The position numbers were made by a program, and so were the translations under genes. The notes beneath the pieces were generated by a model. That model was not told the DNA's origin, did not search any database, and saw nothing but the letters and a program-made list of their open reading frames with translations. DNA of 64,000 nucleotides from Pseudomonadota bacterium (lineage in GTDB: Bacteria; Pseudomonadota; Gammaproteobacteria; Burkholderiales; Thiobacillaceae), in NCBI GenBank assembly GCA_040757575.1, contig JBFLXA010000012.1:4707-68706 (forward strand), written 5' to 3'. Below are positions 19,453-28,428 of the stretch, one piece after another. Position 1 is the first letter of the stretch; each line of letters starts with the position of its first letter.

Positions 19453-19923
19453 ATGCAGACCCGCTTCGACTACGGCGACCAGGTGCGCATCACCCGCAAT
19501 GTGCGCAATGACGGTACCTATCCGGGCATGGACGTGGGCAACCTGCTGGTGCGCCGGGGCTCCATCGGCTTTGTCATGAACGTGGGCACCTTCCTCCAGG
19601 ACCAGATCATCTACACGGTGAACTTCATGGAGTTGAACCGCATCGTCGGCTGCCGGGAGGAAGAACTCATCGGTGCCGACGAGCCCTGGACCCCCAGTCG
19701 TTTCGAAACCCGGGAGAAGGTGCGCGTCACCCTCAGCCTGTCGGTGGACGGCGAAGTGCGGGTGCCCCAGGGGACGGAAGGGGAGGTGATGAAGGTGGTG
19801 CGGGAAGCGGAGGGGGGCGTGCAATACCACGTCCACTTCCCCGGCAATGTCCTGCAGGTGCCTGAGAAATACCTGGCGCCCCTGGTGCCGGTGGCAGAGC
19901 CCCCGGAGGGAGACGCCCCATGA
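19453..19923 (+). CDS. nifZ: NifZ
   Basis: FDYGDQVRITRNVRNDGTYPG NifZ signature and a second NifZ-like half. Confidence 0.9.
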   Translation: MQTRFDYGDQVRITRNVRNDGTYPGMDVGNLLVRRGSIGFVMNVGTFLQDQIIYTVNFMELNRIVGCREEELIGADEPWTPSRFETREKVRVTLSLSVDGEVRVPQGTEGEVMKVVREAEGGVQYHVHFPGNVLQVPEKYLAPLVPVAEPPEGDAP

Positions 19924-20750
19924 ACGTGGCCTACCTGGTGCTGAAGACCGCCCACAGCCTGTTCGGCAAGAACCCCGGTGCCCTGGATCAGGAAGAACTG
20001 CGCAAGGTGGAACGCCTGGCCGCCCGCCAGTTCGACCTGGAAGCCCGGGTGCTGGCCAGCACCGAGGCCCGGGACGTGGTGGTGCCCGGCGCCACCCTGG
20101 AAGCGGCCCTGGAAGAAGTGCGCAGCCGTTACCCGGACCTGGACACCTTTCGCGACGACCTGGCCGGCAATGGCCTGAGCATCGAGGTCTACGAGCAGTC
20201 CCTGGTGCGGGAACTGCGGGTGCAGGCGGTGCTGGATAAGGTGGGCAGCCGGGCCGCCAAGGTGAGCGACATCGACGTGGAGTTGTACTACCACTACCAC
20301 CCGGAGCAGTTCCACCGGCCGGAGCTGCGCCGGGCCCGCCATATCCTGGTGACGGTCAATGAAACCCTGCCGGACAACACGGCCGACCTGGCCCGGGCCC
20401 GCATCGACGCCATCGCCCAGCGCCTGGCCAAGGACCCCAAGCGTTTCGAGGAACAGGCCCTGAAGCATTCGGAATGCCCCACGGCCATGCAGGGCGGCCT
20501 GCTGGGGGATGCGAAACCGGGCCAGTTGTTCCCGGCCCTGGACGCCGCCCTGTTTGCCATGGCCCCCATGGAAATCAGCCCGGTGCTGGAATCTCCCCTG
20601 GGCTTTCACCTGCTGCGCTGCGACGAGATCCTGCCGGCCCGGGTACTGCATCTGCCGGAAGTGAAGGAACAGATCCGCGAACGGCTCTACGAAAGCCGCA
20701 AGAAGGTCTGCCTGAATGCCTGGCTGAAACGGGCCCGGGAAGCGGCCTGA
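19920..20750 (+). CDS. nifM: NifM parvulin-type peptidyl-prolyl isomerase
   Basis: C-terminal parvulin domain (ARHILV, SECPTAMQGGLLG). The start overlaps the nifZ stop (ATGA). Confidence 0.85.
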   Translation: MNVAYLVLKTAHSLFGKNPGALDQEELRKVERLAARQFDLEARVLASTEARDVVVPGATLEAALEEVRSRYPDLDTFRDDLAGNGLSIEVYEQSLVRELRVQAVLDKVGSRAAKVSDIDVELYYHYHPEQFHRPELRRARHILVTVNETLPDNTADLARARIDAIAQRLAKDPKRFEEQALKHSECPTAMQGGLLGDAKPGQLFPALDAALFAMAPMEISPVLESPLGFHLLRCDEILPARVLHLPEVKEQIRERLYESRKKVCLNAWLKRAREAA

Positions 20751-20765
20751 TTCGGCATATGTTTA

Positions 20766-20806
20766 CCCCTCCCGCGCAAGCGGGGGAGGGGCTAGGGGAG
20801 AGGGAC
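20766..20806. repeat. REP-like element, family A (inverted orientation)
   Basis: CCCCTCCCGCGCAAGCGGGGGAGGGGCTAGGGGAGAGGG between nifM and the hemerythrin gene. Confidence 0.75.
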
Positions 20807-20820
20807 AGTCTTCAAACCCT

Positions 20821-21219
20821 CTAAACGCTGGCCATGCTGCGTGAGAAATGGGCCGCCAGGGCCCGGTCCATGGTGGCCAGGTGCAGGCCGAACCACTCCG
20901 GCAGGCCTTCCCGCACGTAGGCCCGGGCCAGGGGCATGAGCCGCCCCACCCGGACGTTACGGTTGAACTGGAGCAGGTCCCCCAGGATGCGGGTGTGTTC
21001 GCCTTCGTGTTCCCCCAGGGCGGGGAACTTGCTCAGGCGCATGAGCCGGCCTTCTTCGGCGAAGTGCAGCCGGGTGTGGTCCACCAGCTGCTGGAACAGG
21101 ACCGGAAAGTCTGCATCCCCGGCCTGGCCCAGGGCGTCCACCAGGGCGCAGAACTCCCGGTGTTTGCTGTCCATCTCTTCCAGCCCCAGGCCGTGCTGGG
21201 TGTCGGTCCATTTCAGCAT
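20821..21219 (-). CDS. bacteriohemerythrin-like protein
   Basis: His/Glu pattern of the hemerythrin four-helix bundle (MDSKHREF, DHTRLHFAEEGRLM, GEHEGEHTRI). The ATG at 21219 is codon 23 of the track ORF. Confidence 0.8.
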   Translation of the reverse strand: MLKWTDTQHGLGLEEMDSKHREFCALVDALGQAGDADFPVLFQQLVDHTRLHFAEEGRLMRLSKFPALGEHEGEHTRILGDLLQFNRNVRVGRLMPLARAYVREGLPEWFGLHLATMDRALAAHFSRSMASV

Positions 21220-21232
21220 CGTGGCTGCCTCA

Positions 21233-22099
21233 TCAGGCCAGGGCCGGTTCGGCCTGCTGGGCAGCAGCCAGGAGTTCCGCCACACCCGCCGGCACCAGTT
21301 CGATGCCCAGCTTGTCCAGGAAGCGTTTTTCCTTGTCGTTGGCCTCGGGCATCAGGGCCCAGCCGGCGGGCTGGGCGGCGCCGAACCGGATGTCCGCCAG
21401 CACCATGCGTTCCGTATCCCGGTTCAGGCGCAAGCCCAGCAGCAGGTAGCGGCGGCCCTGGCGCATGCGCTTCAGGAAACCGGGAATGGCAAAGCCCCCC
21501 ATCAGCTCGGTGATGTAGTCCACAAAGTCTGCATCCGAGGCGATGTAGTTGGATTGGGGCAGGGGGGTGCCCAGGGGTTTGAACAACACCGGCAGGGTGG
21601 TGTCCACCGCGTCCTGCTCCACCTCCCGGTAGGCGGCGCCGTCGTAGTGGTACACCTTGAACCGGTAGGCCGTGCCGGCGATGCGGGCCACGCCCACGAT
21701 CAGGGTGTGGGGACGGCCGGCGTAGGCGGTCTGCAACAGGGTGTCCCGGTTCACGTCCACCACATAGGGCAGGCCCAGATCGGCCAGCCAGGTGTGCAGG
21801 GGGGAGGGGCTCCAGACCGTGTCCCGGTAGGTGCGGTCGAGAAACTTGGTGAGGGTGGAGCGGCCTTTCTTCAGTTCCACGTTCATGGCCGCCCGGGGGA
21901 ATTCATACATCAGCTTGGGGGCCATGGGCTGGCCGTTGTTCATGGCCAGGATCAGGCTGTCGCTGTCGGCGGGAATGGCCTGGCCCGTGGCCGGGTTGGT
22001 CACCCCGGCCAGGGCGCCGGCCCCCAGGTAGGGCACCAGATTGCCTTCACCCAGGGCGGAGAGGATGGCATCGAGTTGTTGGGAAACAGGGGTGGACAT
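21233..22099 (-). CDS. SIR2_2-like (SIR2 superfamily) protein, possibly catalytically divergent
   Basis: LVPYLGAGAL glycine-rich N-terminus, a DVNRDTLL block and FKPLG...DADFVDY resemble SIR2_2 proteins. GGAG RBS before the ATG at 22099 (codon 89 of the track ORF). Confidence 0.5.
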   Translation of the reverse strand: MSTPVSQQLDAILSALGEGNLVPYLGAGALAGVTNPATGQAIPADSDSLILAMNNGQPMAPKLMYEFPRAAMNVELKKGRSTLTKFLDRTYRDTVWSPSPLHTWLADLGLPYVVDVNRDTLLQTAYAGRPHTLIVGVARIAGTAYRFKVYHYDGAAYREVEQDAVDTTLPVLFKPLGTPLPQSNYIASDADFVDYITELMGGFAIPGFLKRMRQGRRYLLLGLRLNRDTERMVLADIRFGAAQPAGWALMPEANDKEKRFLDKLGIELVPAGVAELLAAAQQAEPALA

Positions 22100-22131
22100 C
22101 GCAGGCTCCATGAAAAGGGTGCCATGGGTTC

Positions 22132-22147
22132 TGCAAGTTGTAGGCCA
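22132..22147 (-). promoter_or_regulatory. sigma54 -24/-12 element for the SIR2-like/hemerythrin operon
   Basis: Minus strand reads TGGCCT-ACAAC-TTGCA, about 33 nt upstream of the ATG at 22099. Confidence 0.6.
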
Positions 22148-22154
22148 GACGACA
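22139..22154. promoter_or_regulatory. TGT-N10-ACA motif (possible NifA UAS for the plus-strand promoter)
   Basis: TGTaggccagacgACA. It overlaps the minus-strand -24 box and lies about 180 bp upstream of the plus-strand -24 box. Confidence 0.3.
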
Positions 22155-22325
22155 ATTCCCGTAGCCATCGGGCCTGGCGGTCCACGGCCTGTGTAGGGAA
22201 TCTGCCAAATCCGGAATTTTTGTTGCGCTTGGGCCTTGTCCAGGGCGGGCGGGCTTGGGTGGGGGACTCGTGCCGGGGCCATGGCCATGCGGTTTTGGCA
22301 GGCATCAGGGGCCCATGCGCCCGGT

Positions 22326-22341
22326 TGGCCTGCAACTTGCA
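22326..22341 (+). promoter_or_regulatory. sigma54 -24/-12 element for the 186-aa unknown gene
   Basis: TGGCCT-GCAAC-TTGCA, 40 nt upstream of the ATG at 22381. It differs at 1 of 16 positions from the divergent promoter. Confidence 0.65.
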
Positions 22342-22380
22342 CCAGCAATAGGGTTATCCACATCGACCAAGGGGTTACCC

Positions 22381-22941
22381 ATGCTGCTCGACCGCTACGA
22401 AAGCGAACAACAACTGTACAACGTCAACTTCAAGGAAGCTTCCGGCACCGGCTACTACGCCTACCGGGGGGACCTGGTGATCATCGACGGCGAGATCGCC
22501 GATGCCCAGGGCCGCCGCAAGCCGCCCCTGGCCGGCATGCTGGGGGGCGTACTGCTCACCGACGCCGACAAGATCAAGCTCCTGGCCGGCTCCATCGATG
22601 ACATGGCCCTCATCCCGCCCCTGCTGGAGAAATACCAGGCAGACTTTGCCCCGGACATGAAGGCCCTGATCTACGTGGTGAACATCGCCAAGCCCATGGT
22701 CACCGAACTGGGGGGCGTGAAGACCGTGCTCATCCCCATGACCGACGGCATGGTCTGGAACGAGATGATGGATGAACTGGCCCTGGAGAAAAGCGACTTC
22801 AAGGGCCAGAGCAGCGCCGAGAAGATCATCACCGTGCGGGGCGCGTTTGATGGCTACAAGCCCAAGTACGAGGAAGTCCCCCTGGAGGTGGCCATGACCC
22901 GCACCACAGACGCCAAACGGGAATCCCGGGGCCCGGTGTAA
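22381..22941 (+). CDS. hypothetical protein (186 aa), sigma54-driven
   Basis: The ATG at 22381 is codon 43 of the track ORF and follows a sigma54-type promoter. No family recognised. Confidence 0.6.
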   Translation: MLLDRYESEQQLYNVNFKEASGTGYYAYRGDLVIIDGEIADAQGRRKPPLAGMLGGVLLTDADKIKLLAGSIDDMALIPPLLEKYQADFAPDMKALIYVVNIAKPMVTELGGVKTVLIPMTDGMVWNEMMDELALEKSDFKGQSSAEKIITVRGAFDGYKPKYEEVPLEVAMTRTTDAKRESRGPV

Positions 22942-23388
22942 GGCCGGCTGCCGGCGGGCGGGGGCAGACATGCCTGCCCTGCCAGCCGGTTCTTCCAAAG
23001 CAAGCAAGCCATCACGCTCCTGGATTCCTGCTTGCGCGGGATGACGGATCGCGCGTGCCTTATCAAGCGGGCGCTTCAGTTGGGGAATCGCGAGGCATTG
23101 ACCGATCTATCTCAGGCCAATGACCTGCTCCGTCACGAAGCTCGATGGTCCGTACCGAACCTACAGCAGTGGCTTCCAGAAAGTGGCCACTTGAACGGCG
23201 GGTATTCGGCCTTTGCTGCCATTAGCACTCGGCGGTACGAATGTCCATTAATGAACGGTTACCTGCCACCCGCGTATAGAACATTTGATAATTCTCTGAA
23301 GATAGTCAGGTGCGGGTAGTGGCGAGTAAAAGCCCAGTCATCATCTGCAAGGGCTATCTAACAAGCCCATCTTTGTCTTTCCAACACG

Positions 23389-26289
23389 TTGCGGGACAAT
23401 CGGCGAAACTCCAACAACAATCAGGCAGTGATTTCCAGCTACCACACCAAATATCTCGCCTACGAGCTAACCCGCCGCTGCCCGCCTGACAGCGTCGAGA
23501 AGCTTGCTGGCGCTTTGGTCGATGCCCAGGTGGACCTCAACCCGCATCAGGTCGATGCCGCGCTCTTCGCCTTTCAGTCGCCGCTATCCAAGGGCGCCCT
23601 GCTGGCCGACGAAGTTGGCCTTGGCAAGACCATCGAAGCAGGCCTGGTTCTCTCCCAGAAATGGGCCGAACGCAAACGCCGCATCCTGATCATCACGCCT
23701 TCCAACCTACGCAAGCAGTGGTATCAGGAACTGGCCGAGAAATTCTTCCTGCCCTGCCGCATCCTCGAAGCGAAGTCCTACAACGCCGCCATTCGCCAGG
23801 GGCAATTCCGTCCCTTCGAGGCGCCCGAAATCGTCATCTGCTCTTACCAGTTCGCCAAGAGCAAGGCCGGCGACGTGCATGCCGTACCGTGGGACTTGGT
23901 GGTCATCGACGAAGCGCATCGGCTGCGCAACGTCTACAAGCCGTCCAACGTCATTGCCAACACGCTCAAGCTGGCGCTCGCTGGCAAGCACAAGCTGCTG
24001 CTCACTGCCACGCCGTTACAGAACTCGCTGCTGGAATTGTTCGGTCTGGTGAGCTTCATCGACGAACACACCTTTGGCGACCTGAAGAGTTTCCGCGAGC
24101 AGTTCGCCAACCTGGAGCAGGAACGGGTATTCCAAACGCTCAAGGCCCGCCTCAAGCCCGTCTGCCACCGCACGCTTCGCCGCCAGGTCACCGCCTACAT
24201 TCCCTATACCAAGCGCCTGCCGCTGGTGGAGGAGTTCACCCCGGAAGAAAGCGAAGACCGGCTCTACCATCTTGTTTCGGAGTACCTGCAACGGGACAAC
24301 CTTCAAGCCCTGCCGGCGGGCCAGCGTTCCCTGATGACGCTGGTGCTGCGCAAGCTCATGGCCTCGTCCACCTTTGCCATTGCTGGCGCGCTCACCTCCA
24401 TTTCCAACCGGCTCAAGGCCAAGCTGCGCAAGCAGGAACCTACGGAATCCCTCGAAGATGAGCTGGACCAGGACTACGAAGCCCTGGATGAGACCGCCGA
24501 GGAATGGACCGAAGACGATGCCGGCGAGTATCTGAGCGAGGCCGACCGCCAGGCCATCGAGCGTGAAATCGCCGACCTCGACGCATTCGCGCAACTGGCA
24601 GCCTCTATCGAATCCAACGCCAAGGGCAAGGCCCTGCTGAAGGCCCTGCGCATCGCTTTCGCCAAGGCGGAGGAAATCGGCGCGGCGCAGAAGGCCATCA
24701 TCTTCACCGAATCCCGCCGCACCCAGAACTACCTGCTGCGCGTACTGGCGGACAGCCCCTTCGCCGAGGGCGTCGTCCTGTTCAACGGCTCCAACACAGA
24801 TGAAGGCTCCAAGCTCATCTACAGCCAGTGGCTGGAACGCCATCAGGGCAGCGACCGGGTCACCGGCTCGCGCACTGCCGACATGCGCTCGGCCCTGGTG
24901 GACTACTTCCGCGAGCAGGGCCGCATCATGATTGCCACCGAGGCGGGTGCCGAAGGCATCAACCTCCAATTCTGCTCGCTGGTGGTCAATTACGATCTGC
25001 CCTGGAACCCCCAGCGTATCGAGCAGCGCATTGGCCGCTGCCATCGCTATAGCCAGAAGCACGACGTGGTGGTGGTCAATTTCCTCAACCGCAAGAACGC
25101 TGCCGATCAGCGCGTCTTTGAACTGCTGCGCGACAAGTTCCAGCTCTTCGAGGGCGTCTTCGGTGCCAGCGACGAAGTGCTGGGTGCCATCGAATCCGGC
25201 GTCGATTTCGAGAAACGCATCGCCGCCATCTACCAGACCTGCCGCAAGCCCGACGAGATAGCCACCGCATTCAACCAGCTCCAGCTCGAACTGAGCCTGG
25301 AAATCAACGAATCCATGACCCGTACACGGCAGAAGCTGCTGGAAAACTTCGACGACGAAGTCCGCGAAAAGCTCAAGGTGCGCGATGAAACCTCCAAGGC
25401 GTACCTGAACCGCTATGAACGCCTGCTTATGCAGCTCACCCGGCATGAGCTGGAGGGCCAGGCCGAGTTTCTGGGCGATGCCTCGTTCCGCCTTACAACC
25501 AACCCCTTCCCCGAACAGGCTGGTGCCATCCCCCTGGGCTTGTACGAACTTCCGCGCCGAACCGGCGAAGCACATCTCTACCGCCTCAATCACCCCCTGG
25601 CCGAGGCCATCGTCACCCAGGCGAAGAGGCGAGACCTGCCCGTTGCGGAAATCCGCTTCGATTACGGCAGGCATGATGGCAAGGTCACGACGCTTGAGCC
25701 GCTCATCGGCAAGTCTGGCTGGTTGGCCCTGACTCAGTTCAGCGTGGAATCCCTGGATCAGGCGGAAGACCACTTGATCTTTTCCGCCATCACCGATGAA
25801 GGCCAGATGCTGGAGGAGGAAATCGCGCAGCGGCTGTTGACGCTGCCTTGTGCTTCCACTCCCCAACCGTGCGTGGTAGAGGCGGGGATAAACGAATCCC
25901 TCGGCCGGCATGCCCAGAACCGCCAGACCGCCATCCAGCGCACCATCTCCGAACGCAATGCCCGCATTTTCGAGGCCGAAGCCGACAAACTCGACGGCTG
26001 GGCCGACGACCTGAAAGTTGGCCTGGAGCGGGAAATCAAGGAAATTGACCGCCAGATCAAGGAAGCCCGCCGTGCCGCCACCACGGCACTGACCCTGGAG
26101 GAAAAGCTCTCCGGTCAGAAGCAGATCAAGGCACTGGAGGCCCAGCGCAACCAGAAGCGCCACTCCCTGTTCGATGCCCAGGATCAGGTGGACAGGCAGC
26201 GGGAGGAGTTGATTTCCGCCATCGAGGGCAAACTAAATCAAGTTACCAGCTTGCAGTCCCTGTTTCTGCTGCGTTGGACGCTGGGCTGA
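23389..26289 (+). CDS. SNF2-family helicase/translocase with a ~330-aa C-terminal extension
   Basis: SNF2 motifs LADEVGLGKTIEAG (I), DLVVIDEAHRLRN (II), LLLTATPLQNS (III), ATEAGAEGINLQ and WNPQRIEQRIGRCHRYSQ (V/VI). Coiled-coil tail. TTG start. Confidence 0.9.
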   Translation: MRDNRRNSNNNQAVISSYHTKYLAYELTRRCPPDSVEKLAGALVDAQVDLNPHQVDAALFAFQSPLSKGALLADEVGLGKTIEAGLVLSQKWAERKRRILIITPSNLRKQWYQELAEKFFLPCRILEAKSYNAAIRQGQFRPFEAPEIVICSYQFAKSKAGDVHAVPWDLVVIDEAHRLRNVYKPSNVIANTLKLALAGKHKLLLTATPLQNSLLELFGLVSFIDEHTFGDLKSFREQFANLEQERVFQTLKARLKPVCHRTLRRQVTAYIPYTKRLPLVEEFTPEESEDRLYHLVSEYLQRDNLQALPAGQRSLMTLVLRKLMASSTFAIAGALTSISNRLKAKLRKQEPTESLEDELDQDYEALDETAEEWTEDDAGEYLSEADRQAIEREIADLDAFAQLAASIESNAKGKALLKALRIAFAKAEEIGAAQKAIIFTESRRTQNYLLRVLADSPFAEGVVLFNGSNTDEGSKLIYSQWLERHQGSDRVTGSRTADMRSALVDYFREQGRIMIATEAGAEGINLQFCSLVVNYDLPWNPQRIEQRIGRCHRYSQKHDVVVVNFLNRKNAADQRVFELLRDKFQLFEGVFGASDEVLGAIESGVDFEKRIAAIYQTCRKPDEIATAFNQLQLELSLEINESMTRTRQKLLENFDDEVREKLKVRDETSKAYLNRYERLLMQLTRHELEGQAEFLGDASFRLTTNPFPEQAGAIPLGLYELPRRTGEAHLYRLNHPLAEAIVTQAKRRDLPVAEIRFDYGRHDGKVTTLEPLIGKSGWLALTQFSVESLDQAEDHLIFSAITDEGQMLEEEIAQRLLTLPCASTPQPCVVEAGINESLGRHAQNRQTAIQRTISERNARIFEAEADKLDGWADDLKVGLEREIKEIDRQIKEARRAATTALTLEEKLSGQKQIKALEAQRNQKRHSLFDAQDQVDRQREELISAIEGKLNQVTSLQSLFLLRWTLG

Positions 26290-26293
26290 GACC

Positions 26294-28069
26294 ATGCCGA
26301 CCAGAGAGGAAAAAATCGCCCAACTCGAAGCCGCATTGCGAGGCCGCTTCTTTGCTAGCGTCCCCAAAATCGTGAAAGCCGGGCGCGAAAACTGGGCCGA
26401 TGACCAACACAATCTGGATCGTCTGACTCGCTCGCTCGCGGCCTACGCCGTGGTCGGATACTGCGAGATCGATGACACCACGGCGGTCGGCGCGATTACC
26501 GACGGTAGCGACGACGGTGGTATCGACGCCCTGTATTTTGATCGGCCCGGCAGTCGCTTGGTCTTCGTGCAGTCGAAGTTCAAGCCCGGTGGTACGGCCC
26601 CCTCCCAAGCGGAAGTCCAGAAGACCATCAACGGCATCAAGGCCATTCAAGCCAGACAGTTCAACGGTTTCAACGAAGCCATCCGCAACCGCCTGGATGA
26701 CATCGAAGAAGCACTCGACACCCCCGGCGTCAAACTGATGTTGCTGCTACCCTTCCTGGGCGACGCCATCGGGCCGCACGCCACCAACGACCTGAACGCT
26801 TTCAGGGATAGCCTGAATCAATTTTCCGAGGTCATGCAGTGGCAAGCCGTAAACCTGGATACGGCCTACGGCTGGCTGGTCGTGGAACAGGCACCGGCAA
26901 CCGTAGATGACCAAGTCGTTCTGGAAAACTGGTACGGAGTCCCTGGCCCGCGCAAAGCCTTCTATGGCCAGATCACGGCGGCGAACCTCGCCAAGCTGGT
27001 GGAAGACCACGGCAGGGCATTATTCGAGCGCAATATCCGGCATTACCTGGGTTCCGTCGGCGTGAACACCGCCATCGAGCGAACCGTGCGCACGCGGCCG
27101 GGCGATTTCTTCTACCTCAACAACGGCATCACCGCGATTGCCGACATCATCACCCAGGCGGCCGGAACCCATCAGAAGTGCGCCTTTGGCTGTACCAGGC
27201 TGTCCATCGTCAACGGCGCCCAGACGGCCGGGGCAATCTTCAACGCCACCCAGGTTGGGCAAATTTCTCCGGACGCCAAGTTGTTGCTGACCCTCATCGA
27301 GATCGGCGACGACGCAGACGACATCGGCCTGAAAATCACCCGCGCGCGCAACCACCAGAATGTCGTGCGCGGCGTTGATTTCGCCGCCCTCGATCCCAAC
27401 CAGGAGCGGCTGCGGCAAGAGCTTTCGGCGGCGAGTATCACCTATCACTACCGGCCTTCTGCGGAAGCGCGGGTACGGCGCGAGGATGCCTTTACCCTGG
27501 AGGAGGCCGCCATTGCCGTGGCCTGCCTGAACTTCAAGGTCAGGAACGCCGCCGAATTGCTACAGCACCCCAGGCCGACTAACGCCATCGACTTCACGGT
27601 GACCGCCAAGAAGGAAATCGGCCGCTTGTGGGAACAGGACGGCACACTCTACGACCTGCTTTTTCCAACCAACCTGTCCGGGCTGCGCCTTTGCCGGCTC
27701 GTGCGCATCTATCGCTTCGTCGACGCCATTCTTGCCGCTACCGAAAGATCGGAAGCCCAGTACAGCCGGCGCATGTTCTTCCGCCATGGCCGCTACTTCA
27801 TCATGGCTTTCGTCGCGCTCCGTTCCGCCGACGTACTCGGGAAACCACGGTTCGAACTTGCCGATGAAGACCGGACCCTTCTGTCCCAGCGCACCAACGA
27901 GATTTCCGAATTGATCTACGCAGCCTCGGTCCCGTATCAAGCAATGCGGGGTTATCTAGCAATCTTTCGCAACCTCACGGATTCCCAGCCGCTGGCCTAC
28001 AACGTTTTGCAACGATTGGCTGAACAAGATGCCCAACATGAGCAACCAGCACCGCCCATAGGCACCTGA
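26294..28069 (+). CDS. AIPR-family (abortive infection phage resistance) protein
   Basis: N-terminal nuclease-like DGSDDGGIDALYFD...VFVQSKF. AIPR core ERNIRHYLGSVGVN, FFYLNNGITAIA and IVNGAQT. The start is 4 nt after the SNF2 stop. Confidence 0.85.
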   Translation: MPTREEKIAQLEAALRGRFFASVPKIVKAGRENWADDQHNLDRLTRSLAAYAVVGYCEIDDTTAVGAITDGSDDGGIDALYFDRPGSRLVFVQSKFKPGGTAPSQAEVQKTINGIKAIQARQFNGFNEAIRNRLDDIEEALDTPGVKLMLLLPFLGDAIGPHATNDLNAFRDSLNQFSEVMQWQAVNLDTAYGWLVVEQAPATVDDQVVLENWYGVPGPRKAFYGQITAANLAKLVEDHGRALFERNIRHYLGSVGVNTAIERTVRTRPGDFFYLNNGITAIADIITQAAGTHQKCAFGCTRLSIVNGAQTAGAIFNATQVGQISPDAKLLLTLIEIGDDADDIGLKITRARNHQNVVRGVDFAALDPNQERLRQELSAASITYHYRPSAEARVRREDAFTLEEAAIAVACLNFKVRNAAELLQHPRPTNAIDFTVTAKKEIGRLWEQDGTLYDLLFPTNLSGLRLCRLVRIYRFVDAILAATERSEAQYSRRMFFRHGRYFIMAFVALRSADVLGKPRFELADEDRTLLSQRTNEISELIYAASVPYQAMRGYLAIFRNLTDSQPLAYNVLQRLAEQDAQHEQPAPPIGT

Positions 28070-28272
28070 CCGGCCAATGACGGGAAAACTATGATAAAGG
28101 AGTTACATCCCATGCCCCCAACGATTGGCAAGCTGGAGCCACCATAGGGTGAGGCTCACGCTATGAGCTTGATCACTGGAATCATTAGGCAGTGGGCGTA
28201 GCCGTGGTAAATGGCTTTGGTAATCCATCTTTTCGTGGCGCGATAACAATAGGGCACTGTAAGGAGTTGGAC

Positions 28273-28407
28273 ATGATGAGCAGCAAGGTGTTTAAGGAAT
28301 GCAGTAACTCCTTGGCTGGGAGAGGTGCGGAAAAATGTCTGCACCCACTTCAAGATTCTCTGCTTCGACCTGGAAGAGTTCATGCACCTACAGGTTGGAC
28401 GTTCTGA
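28273..28407 (+). CDS. candidate small protein (44 aa) in the AT-richer spacer
   Basis: Strong RBS AAGGAG 6 nt before the ATG. No homology recognised. It could equally be a leader or regulatory region. Confidence 0.25.
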   Translation: MMSSKVFKECSNSLAGRGAEKCLHPLQDSLLRPGRVHAPTGWTF

Positions 28408-28428
28408 GCGCTAATTTACGCATACGCC

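Noticed and set aside
23032-23319. 95-aa ORF at the left border of the island
   Set aside because: TTG start, no RBS, no recognisable domain, and it lies in a compositionally odd non-coding-looking stretch. It may be a gene remnant but cannot be supported as a CDS.
24016-26163. 715-aa minus-strand ORF inside the SNF2 gene
   Set aside because: It is antisense to a gene with complete SNF2 motifs. It has no motifs of its own and shows high-GC shadow composition.
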